Assembly (NCBI GenBank): GCA_965216565.1 | Contig: OZ244170.1 | Coordinates: forward strand, 1,568,001 to 1,632,000 | DNA length: 64,000 nucleotides | Origin: Bythopirellula sp. | GTDB taxonomy: Bacteria; Planctomycetota; Planctomycetia; Pirellulales; Lacipirellulaceae | Direction: 5' to 3' | Part shown: positions 30,720 through 41,198 of the stretch, piece by piece | Position numbering within the stretch: position 1 is the first letter of the stretch | How the letters are laid out: each line of letters begins with the position of its first letter | The notes under the pieces: generated by a model | Told to the model about the DNA's origin: nothing | The model's database searches: none | What the model saw: the letters and a program-made list of their open reading frames with translations, nothing else | Made by a program: the position numbers and the translations under genes

Positions 30720-32026
30720 TGGGTTACATCTCACAACACGCGCTGCTTATTGCCGCGAACGCACCCTGGACGGCTGACGAAATGTGGATCGTTGCCACCG
30801 CTTGTGCCACGAATGTCGCTTGCGCAATCGTCGGATGCTTCTTGGTCTTACGCCGCATGAGCATGATGGGCGATGCGATTGCCCATGCGGTTTTGCCTGG
30901 ACTTGTGCTGGCCTTTCTGTTCTCTGGTTCGCTGGGAATCATTCCCTTGTTTATTGGTGCCGCCATTATGGGTTTGGCCACTACGTTTCTCACACAAATG
31001 CTGCACCAGCACGCCCGCGTTCCCAGTGATGCCAGTATGGGCGTGGTCTACACCTCGCTGTTTGCCGTGGGCGTTGTGTTGCTGAAGCTGAATATCACCG
31101 GAGTCCATTTCGACGTTGCCTGCGTTTACGAAGGTTCGCTGGAATTCGTCTCCTTCTCTGAATTCATCCTGGGCATCCCCCGGCCATTGCTAACGACGTT
31201 GATTGTTTTGGTGCTTAATCTTTTCATACTCGTGATCATGTGGAAAGAGCTCAAGCTCAGCACATTCGATCCGGGGTTGTCCACAACACTCGGATTCTCA
31301 GCAACCGGCCTGCACTATCTACTGATGACGTTGGTCGCACTCACCACCGTGGCTTCGTTTGAAGCGGTGGGGTCCATTCTGGTGGTGGCCATGCTAATTG
31401 TGCCAGCCGCGACGGCCCACTTACTCTGCGATCGGTTTGGGCTGATGGTTGTGCTCTCTGCTGTTGTGGGAATCGCAGCAGCCGTGCTTGGTTTTCTGCT
31501 TGGTCGATACTTCGACACCAACTATGCCGGCATGATGACTGTCGCAGCCGGAGGCTTATATAGCTTGGCCGTATTGTTCTCGCCGCGTTATGGCTTGGTC
31601 TCCGCAGTAGTGAGGAATGTGCGTCTTTCGACCAAGGTGCTTCGCGATGATCTGCTGGCCATGCTCTATCGAATCGAAGAGCTCGCCAGCGAAAAGCCCC
31701 TCTCTGCCACCCAGGCGCGGTCGGCCGTCGGCGGAGGCATCCTGGCCTACTGGGGTCTGGCGGGCTTATTACGAAATGGTCGCGTCGCCTCCCACAACAA
31801 TCACCTCCAACTCACCGAAAGCGGCAGGAAAATCGCTCAAAAGCTAGTCCGCTCGCATCGGCTTTGGGAAACCTATCTCGTTGAGCATCTGGGGATGCCA
31901 TTGGACCACGTCCACGAACCCGCGCATCGCGTCGAGCACTTTATCGATGATAGACTCCGAGAAGAACTTGAAGCCGAAGTCGATACCACCAGCGGTGATC
32001 CCCACGGGCGTAACATTCCAGAGTGA
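30716..32026 (+). CDS. Metal ABC permease fused to a DtxR-like metal-dependent repressor domain
   Basis: DAIAHAVLPG; C-terminal LTESG...RSHRLWETYL...DHVHEPAHRVEHF. Confidence 0.88.
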   Translation: MMGYISQHALLIAANAPWTADEMWIVATACATNVACAIVGCFLVLRRMSMMGDAIAHAVLPGLVLAFLFSGSLGIIPLFIGAAIMGLATTFLTQMLHQHARVPSDASMGVVYTSLFAVGVVLLKLNITGVHFDVACVYEGSLEFVSFSEFILGIPRPLLTTLIVLVLNLFILVIMWKELKLSTFDPGLSTTLGFSATGLHYLLMTLVALTTVASFEAVGSILVVAMLIVPAATAHLLCDRFGLMVVLSAVVGIAAAVLGFLLGRYFDTNYAGMMTVAAGGLYSLAVLFSPRYGLVSAVVRNVRLSTKVLRDDLLAMLYRIEELASEKPLSATQARSAVGGGILAYWGLAGLLRNGRVASHNNHLQLTESGRKIAQKLVRSHRLWETYLVEHLGMPLDHVHEPAHRVEHFIDDRLREELEAEVDTTSGDPHGRNIPE

Positions 32027-32126
32027 TTACCCTAAGAGCCTGTCCCAAATCTCCCTTTTCCGTATTCGGGGGAAGGGCTTTATGTCTTGAAAGAGGCTTT
32101 GAGTTTAGGAACTTGTGAGCTTGACT

Positions 32127-32594
32127 CTAAGCATGCAAGACAGGAGCGGCAGACTCCTCGGCTATTCGCTTTACGTCCTCTAGAACAGATTCGATACACT
32201 TGCTGGTGATATCGCCCGTAAGATTAACCAGAGGCAAGAGCAATCTGGCGAGCAACGTTTGCGGGGTCGCGTTGCACACCACTCGCAGATGTGTGCCAGC
32301 AATATCTGGGATCAACAGAAACTCGGTCCGATAGTGCGCACCGCTCGACTCACACTCCACGACATAGCTTTGAGGCGGGTCGAACGAGGTGATTACCAAT
32401 TCTTCCGTGGCTTGCTTACCAAACATCGTCCGAGTTTCACGAAACCGCGTGCCGACGCCGATAGGACCCTCCGTTAGGATCTCAAGCTCTTCGATTCCGC
32501 GGATGTTCTCTGGTGCATTGTGTAGATCGGCCAGCACTCGAAACACTTCTTCTCGAGTAGCATTGATGTGTTTACCGATAGAAATCTGGGCCAT
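32127..32594 (-). CDS. SRPBCC (polyketide cyclase-like) family protein
   Basis: INATREEVF..LAD, GPIGVGTRFRETR, FDPP. Confidence 0.8.
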   Translation of the reverse strand: MAQISIGKHINATREEVFRVLADLHNAPENIRGIEELEILTEGPIGVGTRFRETRTMFGKQATEELVITSFDPPQSYVVECESSGAHYRTEFLLIPDIAGTHLRVVCNATPQTLLARLLLPLVNLTGDITSKCIESVLEDVKRIAEESAAPVLHA

Positions 32595-32681
32595 GACTGA
32601 TTCGACCTCCGCGCTAGGGCAAAGTTCCGTAACACCGATTATTGGGCAGTGCGGTAGAAACCATTCTAGCGGACTGGCAGA

Positions 32682-33539
32682 TCAGGTAGAAATCAGTTTT
32701 TTTAACGTCTTCAAATTGATGACATCCAAATCCTTGCCTTTTTCTTCGCCTTTGGGTGTCTCTAAATATTTCGGGACTTTCCGGAATCTTCGATCGTTGA
32801 GCAAGAATCGGAACGGCTCGAGACCCATTTCACCCTTACCGATTCGGGCATGGCGATCGACGCGGCTGCCGAATTTGGTCTTACTATCATTGAAATGAAA
32901 TGCCTTGATTTGCTGGACACCTATGGTCTTATTCAGCTGTCGCATAGTCGCCTTGTAGTCTTTCTCCGTTCCCATCGGATAGCCAGCTGCAAAGACATGA
33001 CAGGTATCGAAACAGACGCCGACTAAGTCGGGGTTCTTCACACCGTCGAGTATCGTGGCAAGATGCTCAAACTTCCAACCGAGATTGGAACCCTGCCCAG
33101 CAGTAGTTTCCAGCAGGCACTTAGCCGAGCAACCCTTGGTTTGTTTGTGCACTTCGTTAAGTGCCTTGATGATCCGCCTCAGCCCGCGGTATTCCGTACT
33201 AGTGGTGAATGCGCCCGGATGAGCGACGACGTACTCGATACCTAGCAGTTCCGCCCGCTGCAGTTCGATCACAAACGCATCGACGGATTTCTTCCACAGC
33301 TCGTCGTCGGGACTAGCCATGTTGATTAGGTAAGAATCGTGAGAAATGGGGTACTTGATCCCGTGCTCTTGCAGCGCAGACCGAAATCGCTCAACATCCT
33401 CATCCGATATCGGCTTCGCGCGCCACTGGTTGTTGTTCTTAGTGAATAACTGGACACAATCGCAGCCTGCCTTGGCCGCTGCTTCCACAGCCTTGTAGTA
33501 TCCACCAGCGATCGACATGTGCGCACCGAGAATTGCCAT
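32682..33539 (-). CDS. nfo: Endonuclease IV
   Basis: GAHMSIAGG, HDSYLIN, LETTAGQG, DTCH, HFNDSK...DRH, ETP. Confidence 0.95.
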   Translation of the reverse strand: MAILGAHMSIAGGYYKAVEAAAKAGCDCVQLFTKNNNQWRAKPISDEDVERFRSALQEHGIKYPISHDSYLINMASPDDELWKKSVDAFVIELQRAELLGIEYVVAHPGAFTTSTEYRGLRRIIKALNEVHKQTKGCSAKCLLETTAGQGSNLGWKFEHLATILDGVKNPDLVGVCFDTCHVFAAGYPMGTEKDYKATMRQLNKTIGVQQIKAFHFNDSKTKFGSRVDRHARIGKGEMGLEPFRFLLNDRRFRKVPKYLETPKGEEKGKDLDVINLKTLKKLIST

Positions 33540-33748
33540 GCCTCAGAGGATAGTGGATCGTGCCGCCAGAGGGCAGGGGGGAGACGCTCCCCAGTCGGGC
33601 AAACGTTAAAGTAGCCGAGTAATCGTTAAAATCGGAATTGGAGAATCTCTACCAGGAAGATCCTCGCGTCCGTTTTCATTCAAAACAGCCCTTTTTATGT
33701 GGAAAACGTAGAGTCTTGTACTACCAGTTGTTCCTTTAATGCCTGCTA

Positions 33749-35770
33749 TTGAACCTGAGAACGAACTTCCCCGTGAACGAAAAAGCCCCCCCCATCCAAC
33801 GCGGCTCTGTGGTTGCGAATTGCGCCTTAGCTACCGGTTGCCTACTGGCAATCAGCTTCTATTCGTCCGGATTCTCCCTGCTCGCCTGGATTGCACTGGC
33901 ACCGTTAGGTGTCGTTCTGTCCACAAAAAAAATGACCCTACGCTGCTGGGCGGGAATCTACTTGGGGGGCCTGATTTTTCATCTGTGGGCGCTCGATTGG
34001 ATTCGCACCTTATACGGCGGCTTTGCGTTGGAAGGCAACTATGCACCAGGTTGGCTAATCTGCGGGCAACTCGGCGCTGTGATATTCTGCCTAATGATCC
34101 TTGCAGGTCGGCGGCTAGTTCTGACCTCGAAACTTCCCGTGACTCTCGCGCTTCCCTTTGCTTGGTACTTCTATGAAACGATGCAATCTTTGCTGATGAT
34201 GGCGTTCGACCAACACGCCATGCGCTACTTGAGCCTGGCTCATACGCAGGCCGATTACCCGCTCATCTCGCAAATTGCCGATCTAGGGGGCGAGTTAACT
34301 GTCAGCCTGCTCGTCGCCCTCGTGAATGGATTTATCTACGATCTTCACTTTGTGCGAATCGATCTCCCGTTCCGCAAGTGGGACTGGAATCTTGTGGCTC
34401 GTTGCGTCGGTGTTCCGATCATTTTCACGGGTTCGATTTCGTACGGATATTTTCGCATGCATCAACCCGTTCAAGAGACGGGACCCAACATTTGCCTCAT
34501 GACTCGGCACGACCTGCCGCCTTTGATCAAACCAGACCGATTGCCATCGGCGGACAAAACCGATCTATATGTCTGGCCCGAGCTGGCTTATCACCACGCC
34601 ATCATCGATGCCCAGAGCAGCGCTCAAAAAGAGGCCACAATTGCTGCTCATTGGCCATTAACTCGCGGCGACGTTGAGGGCTACAGACATCGAATTTCTG
34701 ACTATCTGCAGCAAACCGCACAAAACCTGAATGCGAACCTGTTAATCGGAGTCGAAAGACTCTCGGCCGAGGATGATCAAATTAGCACTTTCAACTCACT
34801 GGCGTATGTCCATCCGGAAGCCGGTGTTGTAGGAACCTACGATAAGGTGCACTGCGCACCATTCCGCGAATTTGCTCCCGCTCACTGGGAGTGGCTCCAG
34901 ATTGCTGTGCCCGTTGAATATTCCCGGGGCAAATCCCCCACAACATTTGCGCTTTCTACTTCCACGGGCGACGAGCTCACGTTTGGATGTGGCCTGTGCT
35001 ACGAAGTTGCCTTTCCTGACCATTTCCAACAGCAGATGGAAAACTCTCAGCTCGACTTTTTCGTCTTGGCTGGAAGCGAAGCAAGCGACTCAACAGGAGT
35101 CTTGGCGAAAACACTATTACGCATGGCCCAACTACGCGCCATCGAAACACGTCGGCCCATTGTTCGCAATGCACATAGGGGCTATTCGGGTTGGATCGAC
35201 AGTTGCGGACGAATCGTTTCTGTATCCGATCGCAACGAACTAGCGCAACCACGGGCTCTCACGCCCACTCAACTCGATGCCCGAATCAGCTACTACGCTC
35301 AGTGGGGCGATTGGCTTTCGCCACTCATGATTAGCCTCTTTGCAGTCGCATTGATCTTGCCCAACGTCCAGCAACTTATGAAATCACTCAGAACCATTGG
35401 CACGGGAACCACCTCGCCCAAATTCCCTCCACCAGTTCGACGAGCTCGCGGTAGCGGCTTCTCCCTCTTTGAACTGATGGCGGTTGTTGCCATTTTGAGC
35501 ACGATTGCAATATTGATACTACCTCGCGTCACGGGTGCTACCGATGCGGCCAAAGAACGGGCAGACAAAATGAATATTGCGTTGCTCAACTCTGCGGCCG
35601 AACGCTGGTATTTGGACAAAGGCGCGTGGCCCGCGATCAACCTGAGCGACATTGGCGCGGACCCCAACTATTTGCCAGAGGGTATTCCAGTTAGCCCTCA
35701 TACCGGCAAAGCGTACAAACTCAACTCATTCACGATGCGGGTCAACAGTACCGGCGGTGGCGGAAAATAA
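33749..35770 (+). CDS. Apolipoprotein N-acyltransferase (Lnt)-like protein with a C-terminal type IV pilin/pseudopilin domain
   Basis: N-terminal TM helices; QIADLGG; nitrilase triad VWPE / YDK / LCYE; LRAIE.RR; WGDW; then RRARGSG|FSLFELMAVVAILSTIAILILP. Confidence 0.8.
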   Translation: MNLRTNFPVNEKAPPIQRGSVVANCALATGCLLAISFYSSGFSLLAWIALAPLGVVLSTKKMTLRCWAGIYLGGLIFHLWALDWIRTLYGGFALEGNYAPGWLICGQLGAVIFCLMILAGRRLVLTSKLPVTLALPFAWYFYETMQSLLMMAFDQHAMRYLSLAHTQADYPLISQIADLGGELTVSLLVALVNGFIYDLHFVRIDLPFRKWDWNLVARCVGVPIIFTGSISYGYFRMHQPVQETGPNICLMTRHDLPPLIKPDRLPSADKTDLYVWPELAYHHAIIDAQSSAQKEATIAAHWPLTRGDVEGYRHRISDYLQQTAQNLNANLLIGVERLSAEDDQISTFNSLAYVHPEAGVVGTYDKVHCAPFREFAPAHWEWLQIAVPVEYSRGKSPTTFALSTSTGDELTFGCGLCYEVAFPDHFQQQMENSQLDFFVLAGSEASDSTGVLAKTLLRMAQLRAIETRRPIVRNAHRGYSGWIDSCGRIVSVSDRNELAQPRALTPTQLDARISYYAQWGDWLSPLMISLFAVALILPNVQQLMKSLRTIGTGTTSPKFPPPVRRARGSGFSLFELMAVVAILSTIAILILPRVTGATDAAKERADKMNIALLNSAAERWYLDKGAWPAINLSDIGADPNYLPEGIPVSPHTGKAYKLNSFTMRVNSTGGGGK

Positions 35771-35773
35771 CGC

Positions 35774-36796
35774 TCAGCTGGACGCATTGTCTTCGTATTC
35801 CTGCACGGAACTCTCGTCCGAGAGCTCCTGCACTCTACGCAACCCCGGCATTTTCCAGAGGCTGAATTGCGCGATGATCACCAGCGAGACGATCATTACT
35901 AAACGATCGAGTAGTGCTGCCGCCAGCGCCTCAGCTTTAGTCGCTCCAGTCACACTCGCGCCGTAGACAATTGCGGCTTCACGGAATCCCAAGTTGCCGG
36001 GGGTGAAGCTAAAAAAGAATGCCAAGTCGGCTAACAACGAAGCGACCATCACCCCGGTGAAATGCGTCTCGACGTCAATTCCCCAAAAGGCAACTTGCAG
36101 ACGCATCGCGCGAGCAAGGATCGACGTCAGTTGCAAGCCGACCAAGCGCAACAACAAGTTTCGATTGCGGCTCAACACATGCCACGATTCGCTAAGTCCT
36201 CGGAAAAAATGGGCAAGCTTGCCGGGCCAAGAGTCGGGGACCTTAACTCGCACCAACAAGGCAATGGCGGCACCGATCACGCAACAGACAAAAACAGTCA
36301 GGATTTCCCAGGGCGGAGCGATTCCTTCCAATCGCCACAGCAGCGCAAGACCTGTCATCCCTAACATGCCAATGACAAAGCACTGCACAAGCGCGATCGG
36401 GAACAACAAACCCGTGTAAGAAGCAAATCGAACACCATAGCGTTTCTTTAAGTAGACTCCCGTCACACCGAATCCAGAACGGGGAATGAACAATCCCGAA
36501 TAGGCGCGCAGCATCAACAGATTGAATGCTTCCATCCGACCGAGGCGAGTGCCAATCGCCAGCAGCGTCTGTCGGAAGATCTCCGACGCGAAAATCCGGT
36601 TTACGAATGAGATGGCTAATATTGCCGCCACATATCGGGGACTCACTTCCAGAAGCTTCGGCAGGTCGCCCCAATAGCGTCGTCCCAGATAGGCGAGCAG
36701 TACGAGCGAGGCCACCGACAGAACCTTCCGCCACGGTCCCGACCGTTTGCGAGGGTTGGCCTCCAGAGCCTCTTCGGTCGGTGCGTCGGTTGTCAT
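35774..36796 (-). CDS. Lysylphosphatidylglycerol synthase TM-domain (UPF0104, flippase-like) protein
   Basis: Multiple TM helices; FTPGNLGFREA...A.AAALLDR. Confidence 0.78.
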   Translation of the reverse strand: MTTDAPTEEALEANPRKRSGPWRKVLSVASLVLLAYLGRRYWGDLPKLLEVSPRYVAAILAISFVNRIFASEIFRQTLLAIGTRLGRMEAFNLLMLRAYSGLFIPRSGFGVTGVYLKKRYGVRFASYTGLLFPIALVQCFVIGMLGMTGLALLWRLEGIAPPWEILTVFVCCVIGAAIALLVRVKVPDSWPGKLAHFFRGLSESWHVLSRNRNLLLRLVGLQLTSILARAMRLQVAFWGIDVETHFTGVMVASLLADLAFFFSFTPGNLGFREAAIVYGASVTGATKAEALAAALLDRLVMIVSLVIIAQFSLWKMPGLRRVQELSDESSVQEYEDNASS

Positions 36797-36883
36797 AGAT
36801 AACAGGGCAGGCAATCGAGTGGAGCGGGAATAAGGTAAATCTGTCCGGCAATTGGGAAAAGGAATAACTTACGCGGAGCGAAA

Positions 36884-36958
36884 TGTCATTCCGAGGTCCG
36901 CCGAGGAATCTGGCTAGATCCCTCGGCGGACCTCGGGATGACAGCTACTGACGTAGCT
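36884..36958. repeat. Palindromic REP/MITE-like element, intact copy
   Basis: 28-bp arms TGTCATTCCGAGGTCCGCCGAGGAATCT / AGATCCCTCGGCGGACCTCGGGATGACA, plus a small AGCTAC-TGAC-GTAGCT hairpin. Confidence 0.88.
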
Positions 36959-37153
36959 GAGCATATGGCCCAAATTCCTAAACAGCTTAATGTAAGGTCT
37001 CACTATGTTAGTCTATCCTGCCTACCCGGAGCGAGAGCAGCCGACCGCTTGAGACTCAGGCAGTTTTCGCCTAAAATCTCGCCTCCTGCCTTCAGTTGAT
37101 CCGAAACTGATTGACGTCACTTTCTCCCTCGAAACAAGAGATATAAACGAACC

Positions 37154-37615
37154 ATGGAACGTACCTTTATTCTGCTCAAACCCGACTGTGTCCAGCGCCG
37201 CTTGATGGGGCAAGTGATTGCTCGATTCGAGCAAAAAGGGCTTAATTTCGTAGCGATGAAAATGCTCCGCATCACCCCCGAACTCGCCAAGCAACACTAT
37301 GCCGAGCATGTGGAAAAAGGTTGGTATCCCACGCTGGAAGAATTTATTACCGGCGGTCCTGTTTTAGCTGCCGTCGTCGAAGGACTGGAAGCGATCCAGG
37401 TGGTTCGCGACATGCTCGGTGCCACTAGCGGCTTGCAAGCAGCCCCGGGCACCATCCGCGGCGACTACAGTTCCAGCCGCCAGATGAATCTGGTCCACGG
37501 CTCGGACGGCCCCGAAGCGGCCCAGCGCGAAATCGGCTTGTACTTCTCTCCCGAAGACCTGTGCGACGACGACCCCACCATTAGCAAATGGCTCCGGGCA
37601 TCGGACGAAGCTTAA
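37154..37615 (+). CDS. ndk: Nucleoside diphosphate kinase
   Basis: ERTFILLKPD, PGTIRGD, NLVHGSD. Confidence 0.96.
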   Translation: MERTFILLKPDCVQRRLMGQVIARFEQKGLNFVAMKMLRITPELAKQHYAEHVEKGWYPTLEEFITGGPVLAAVVEGLEAIQVVRDMLGATSGLQAAPGTIRGDYSSSRQMNLVHGSDGPEAAQREIGLYFSPEDLCDDDPTISKWLRASDEA

Positions 37616-37639
37616 TGCCTTGGAGCAGAGGTGCAGCAC

Positions 37640-38536
37640 CTACTCTACTGACTGAACACGCAAACGAAAGATCACGACAAGCCCTGTCGCAAGAAGAGAG
37701 ATTGTCCCAGGCTCTGGAACGGGAATTTCAATCACTACGTTGTCGATGATTCCATATTGTTCAGCAGGCACACTGCCAATCGACGCGAAAGGATCTTCAT
37801 ACCCAACCATGATGTGCCCAGCCGTCGGAGTGTCAGCAATGGAAAAGAAATTCTGACCATTAAATGAAACCTGAACTGCTCCCTGATTCGCAGACACGCT
37901 AACCTGCACCCATTGGTTGGCCGCCGCATTGGCAGTATTAGGACCCGGTTGGGCAACAGTCCTTTCAAATGCAGCATTAAACAAACTCCGATGCGTACTG
38001 CCATCCTTCCGATCTTGCTCCGCAATCCCAGAAAAGGCTACCGCATCTTCGCTGTTATATCCGTTTTCCACGGCTAACCAACCATAAGTCCCATTCCCAG
38101 CTGTAAACCGGTTATTCCTTCCCAAGGCGGTGGCATTGGTCCTTCCAATGCCCCACAAACCTTGCTCCGTGCTTCCGGTAGAAGGCAACGGGTCGGAGGT
38201 ATTCAGCCACATGTCGTACTGCAGCTCAAACACTGGATAAGTCAAGTCGGCATTCGCACCGGGAACTATCCCCACTAGATTGGCTGCTGCTGGAACTCCA
38301 CTGGACATATTAGCCTTGAATACAACGCCAGTCGTTGCTGCCGAGCCCGGAACCGGATTCGGTGCTTCTGAGATTCCCAGAAGTCCATAATCAACTATCT
38401 CAGTCGTCGTGTCAGGTTGAGCGGCAAGAAACCAGTTCGATAAGTCGTCGAAACCGTCCGCTAATACGACGACAGCAGCACACGCCTGCTGTTCCACCAG
38501 AAACACTAGCACGGCGGCAATAAGTACTAACCTCAT
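37640..38536 (-). CDS. PEP-CTERM sorting domain exported protein
   Basis: Signal peptide; C-terminal VPEPGTISLLATGLVVIFRLR. Confidence 0.88.
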   Translation of the reverse strand: MRLVLIAAVLVFLVEQQACAAVVVLADGFDDLSNWFLAAQPDTTTEIVDYGLLGISEAPNPVPGSAATTGVVFKANMSSGVPAAANLVGIVPGANADLTYPVFELQYDMWLNTSDPLPSTGSTEQGLWGIGRTNATALGRNNRFTAGNGTYGWLAVENGYNSEDAVAFSGIAEQDRKDGSTHRSLFNAAFERTVAQPGPNTANAAANQWVQVSVSANQGAVQVSFNGQNFFSIADTPTAGHIMVGYEDPFASIGSVPAEQYGIIDNVVIEIPVPEPGTISLLATGLVVIFRLRVQSVE

Positions 38537-38558
38537 CAGATAACCTCATGGTTCAGTA

Positions 38559-38639
38559 CGTAGGGTGCGATGGAACAAAGTGGAATCGCACCAAAACCGC
38601 ATCTTGGCGCGATTACGCGTTGCTTCATCGCACCCTACG
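38559..38639. repeat. GTAG-type REP doublet
   Basis: Perfect 14-bp inverted repeat CGTAGGGTGCGATG / CATCGCACCCTACG, with inner AATCGCACCA / TGGCGCGATT. Confidence 0.8.
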
Positions 38640-38719
38640 GACTTCTTCGGTGCCTTCAGGGGCCAAATTTCAACTTATCGGGTGCCACTGCTAGCCCAAC
38701 CAAAAACGCTACGATGCGG

Positions 38720-40771
38720 TTAAACCGCCCGGGGACGTTCCTTAATAAGATCGTACCGGCGGATCTTTCGGTCGAGCGTCGAGCGTTCGATGCCCAGGAT
38801 GCCGGCGGCGCGGCTTTTGTTCCAGCCGGTGGCGTTGAGGGTGCGGAGGATGTGTTCGCGCTCTACGTCGGCTAGCGAAACGGCTTCGTATGTCCCGTAG
38901 CCGGAGGTGGTGGTCCCCGATTCGGTGTCGCCCGCTGTTTTTAGAGCAGACAGCACGAGATCATCGTGATCCACATACTCGCCACGGGCGAGTACCACGG
39001 CGCGTTCGATCACGTTTTTCATTTCGCGCACGTTGCCGGGCCAACGATAGCGGAGCAATTCTTCCATCGCCCGCGGCGAGAATCCCTTCAGCTTGCGGCC
39101 CGTCTCTTCGTTGAACTTGCGCAGGAAAAACTCCGCCAGTTCCGGGATGTCTTCCGGACGCTTCCGCAGTCCCGGTACTAGAATCTCCAGCACATGCAGA
39201 CGGAAATACAAATCCCTGCGGAATGATCCTTCGGCAACGTCTTTCTCCAAATCGCGATTGGTCGCCGCGATGACGCGGACGTCGACCTTGATTTGCTCGG
39301 CACCGCCCACACGCTCGAAAGGATGCCCCTCCAAGACGCGAAGGAATTTTGCCTGAATCGTGGGGCTCATCTCGCCGATTTCATCGAGCATCAACGTGCC
39401 CGTATCGGCTTGTTCGAACTTGCCAATCTTGCGGTCCGTGGCACCAGTGAACGCGCCTTTTTCGTGGCCGAACAATTCACTTTCCAGCAAAGTTTCCGAG
39501 AGAGCCGCACAGTTCAAACAAACGAACGGGCCTTTTTCGCGCGGGCTAGAGAAGTGAACCGCACGTGCAACAAGCTCTTTGCCAACACCACTCTCGCCGC
39601 GAATGAGCACGGTCGCACGACTGGGGGCAGCGCGGGCGATTTGCCGAGTGACTTGCATCATCACTTCGCTTGAGCCTACGATTTCGCTTTGCACACCCAA
39701 CTGCTCGCGTAGATTGGTGTTCTCTGAACGCACCTGGTTCAGGTTTTCTGCCAGCAATTGACGTTTACTTAGGTTTTCCAAGGCAACACCCACAGTGTCT
39801 GCCACCGCTAGCGTGAATTCCAAGTCCTCAGGGTCCGTGGGCTTTTCCACGTCCGTCGTGTAAAGATGCACAAGCCCCAGCACCTCGCCTTCCATTCGGA
39901 TTGGTGCACAAACTACGCTTGTCGCCAGAATTTCACCTCGGCTATCTCGGTTGCCCAGGTTGCTGTCGTCCATCACATTCCGTGCCATCACCGCCTGGCC
40001 ATCACGCAGGACGGTCGAAGACAGGAATTGGGAGACGCGGTGGTAGGAGTGGTCGCAATCGCTCCGCGAGGCAACCACTTCGAGGTCTTCGCTGGTCCGT
40101 TCGCCTTTGGAATCTCTCTGGCGAAGTAGGATCGCACCGGAATCGACCCGCGTGCCTTCAAACAAACCATTGAGCGCTGTGTTGGCCAGCGACAAGACGT
40201 CGGTGGAACGAGCAAGATCGAACGCGAGCCGGCAAAGCATTGCCGCGGCGCGCCCTACCTTGGGCAGCGATTCCTCGTCTGTCTCTTCCATCGTGGGCAG
40301 ATCAAGAAAACGACTTTGCCCTTTGCGATGCGTAATGGTGGTTGGCTCGAAGGCCTCGAAGATGCTTTCGGCTTCTTCGGTTTGATCGTCGACGCCCGTC
40401 TCACTCGTCTCAACCGACTTGGATCCACGCAGCAACGTATTCGTATCGGGAAAGGCCTGCGACAAATCGTGCACAAATGCGAGATGCGAATTGCCGATTT
40501 GAACAATATCGCCCGGCTGTAGCGTACGATCGCTGCTGACTGGATCGCCACTGACAAGCGTGCCGTTGCGACTTTCCAAATCGCGTAGTTTCCATTCGCC
40601 TTGAGCTTGAAACACTTCGGCGTGATTGCGACTGCAACGTTCGTCCTTCACGACAATTGTGTTGGTAGGCGCTCGGCCCAAAGTCACCGATTCGCCAGGC
40701 ACCAATCGCACCACGTCGGCCCATTTCGAGCCGTCGCGAATAATCAGGTATGCTGTCAAGGAGTCTGACAT
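38720..40771 (-). CDS. FHA-GAF-sigma54 AAA+-Fis transcriptional activator
   Basis: LGR...SRNHA...SRNGT (FHA); [25 protein letters not shown]-terminal HTH. Confidence 0.92.
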   Translation of the reverse strand: MSDSLTAYLIIRDGSKWADVVRLVPGESVTLGRAPTNTIVVKDERCSRNHAEVFQAQGEWKLRDLESRNGTLVSGDPVSSDRTLQPGDIVQIGNSHLAFVHDLSQAFPDTNTLLRGSKSVETSETGVDDQTEEAESIFEAFEPTTITHRKGQSRFLDLPTMEETDEESLPKVGRAAAMLCRLAFDLARSTDVLSLANTALNGLFEGTRVDSGAILLRQRDSKGERTSEDLEVVASRSDCDHSYHRVSQFLSSTVLRDGQAVMARNVMDDSNLGNRDSRGEILATSVVCAPIRMEGEVLGLVHLYTTDVEKPTDPEDLEFTLAVADTVGVALENLSKRQLLAENLNQVRSENTNLREQLGVQSEIVGSSEVMMQVTRQIARAAPSRATVLIRGESGVGKELVARAVHFSSPREKGPFVCLNCAALSETLLESELFGHEKGAFTGATDRKIGKFEQADTGTLMLDEIGEMSPTIQAKFLRVLEGHPFERVGGAEQIKVDVRVIAATNRDLEKDVAEGSFRRDLYFRLHVLEILVPGLRKRPEDIPELAEFFLRKFNEETGRKLKGFSPRAMEELLRYRWPGNVREMKNVIERAVVLARGEYVDHDDLVLSALKTAGDTESGTTTSGYGTYEAVSLADVEREHILRTLNATGWNKSRAAGILGIERSTLDRKIRRYDLIKERPRAV

Positions 40772-41198
40772 ATGTAGCGAATTGATACAGTCGTGGTAGC
40801 GGAGATTGTAAGTATAACTGGGAAAGTAGCTTACGAAAAAGCCACTCAGCTTCATCGGCCGGGGATTCCTACTCCTAGTATGCACGTAATTAAGCCAATA
40901 GCCAAGCATCGTCCCCCCTGTTCGGGCCTGTTGGAGTCTGAGAAAGTGCGTATCTTAGAGGCCGACTCGCTCGGTCAAATTTCGCTGTGTTTACGCGGGG
41001 AAACGTCAAAAGTGTTGAATATCAAGGGGTTTGCAACTACTCTGGAGATAGGGTAGCGCGCCGTAGGTCTAGCGGTTAAGAGATCTGGCGAAACCTTAGC
41101 GCCGTCGGTGCACAGCTACTTTTACGGAACAACCTTCGAGAAGCGTATCGCAAGCCAGCGTGCCGATTGGCGAAGTTGGCGAAACAAGGAGAAAACTG

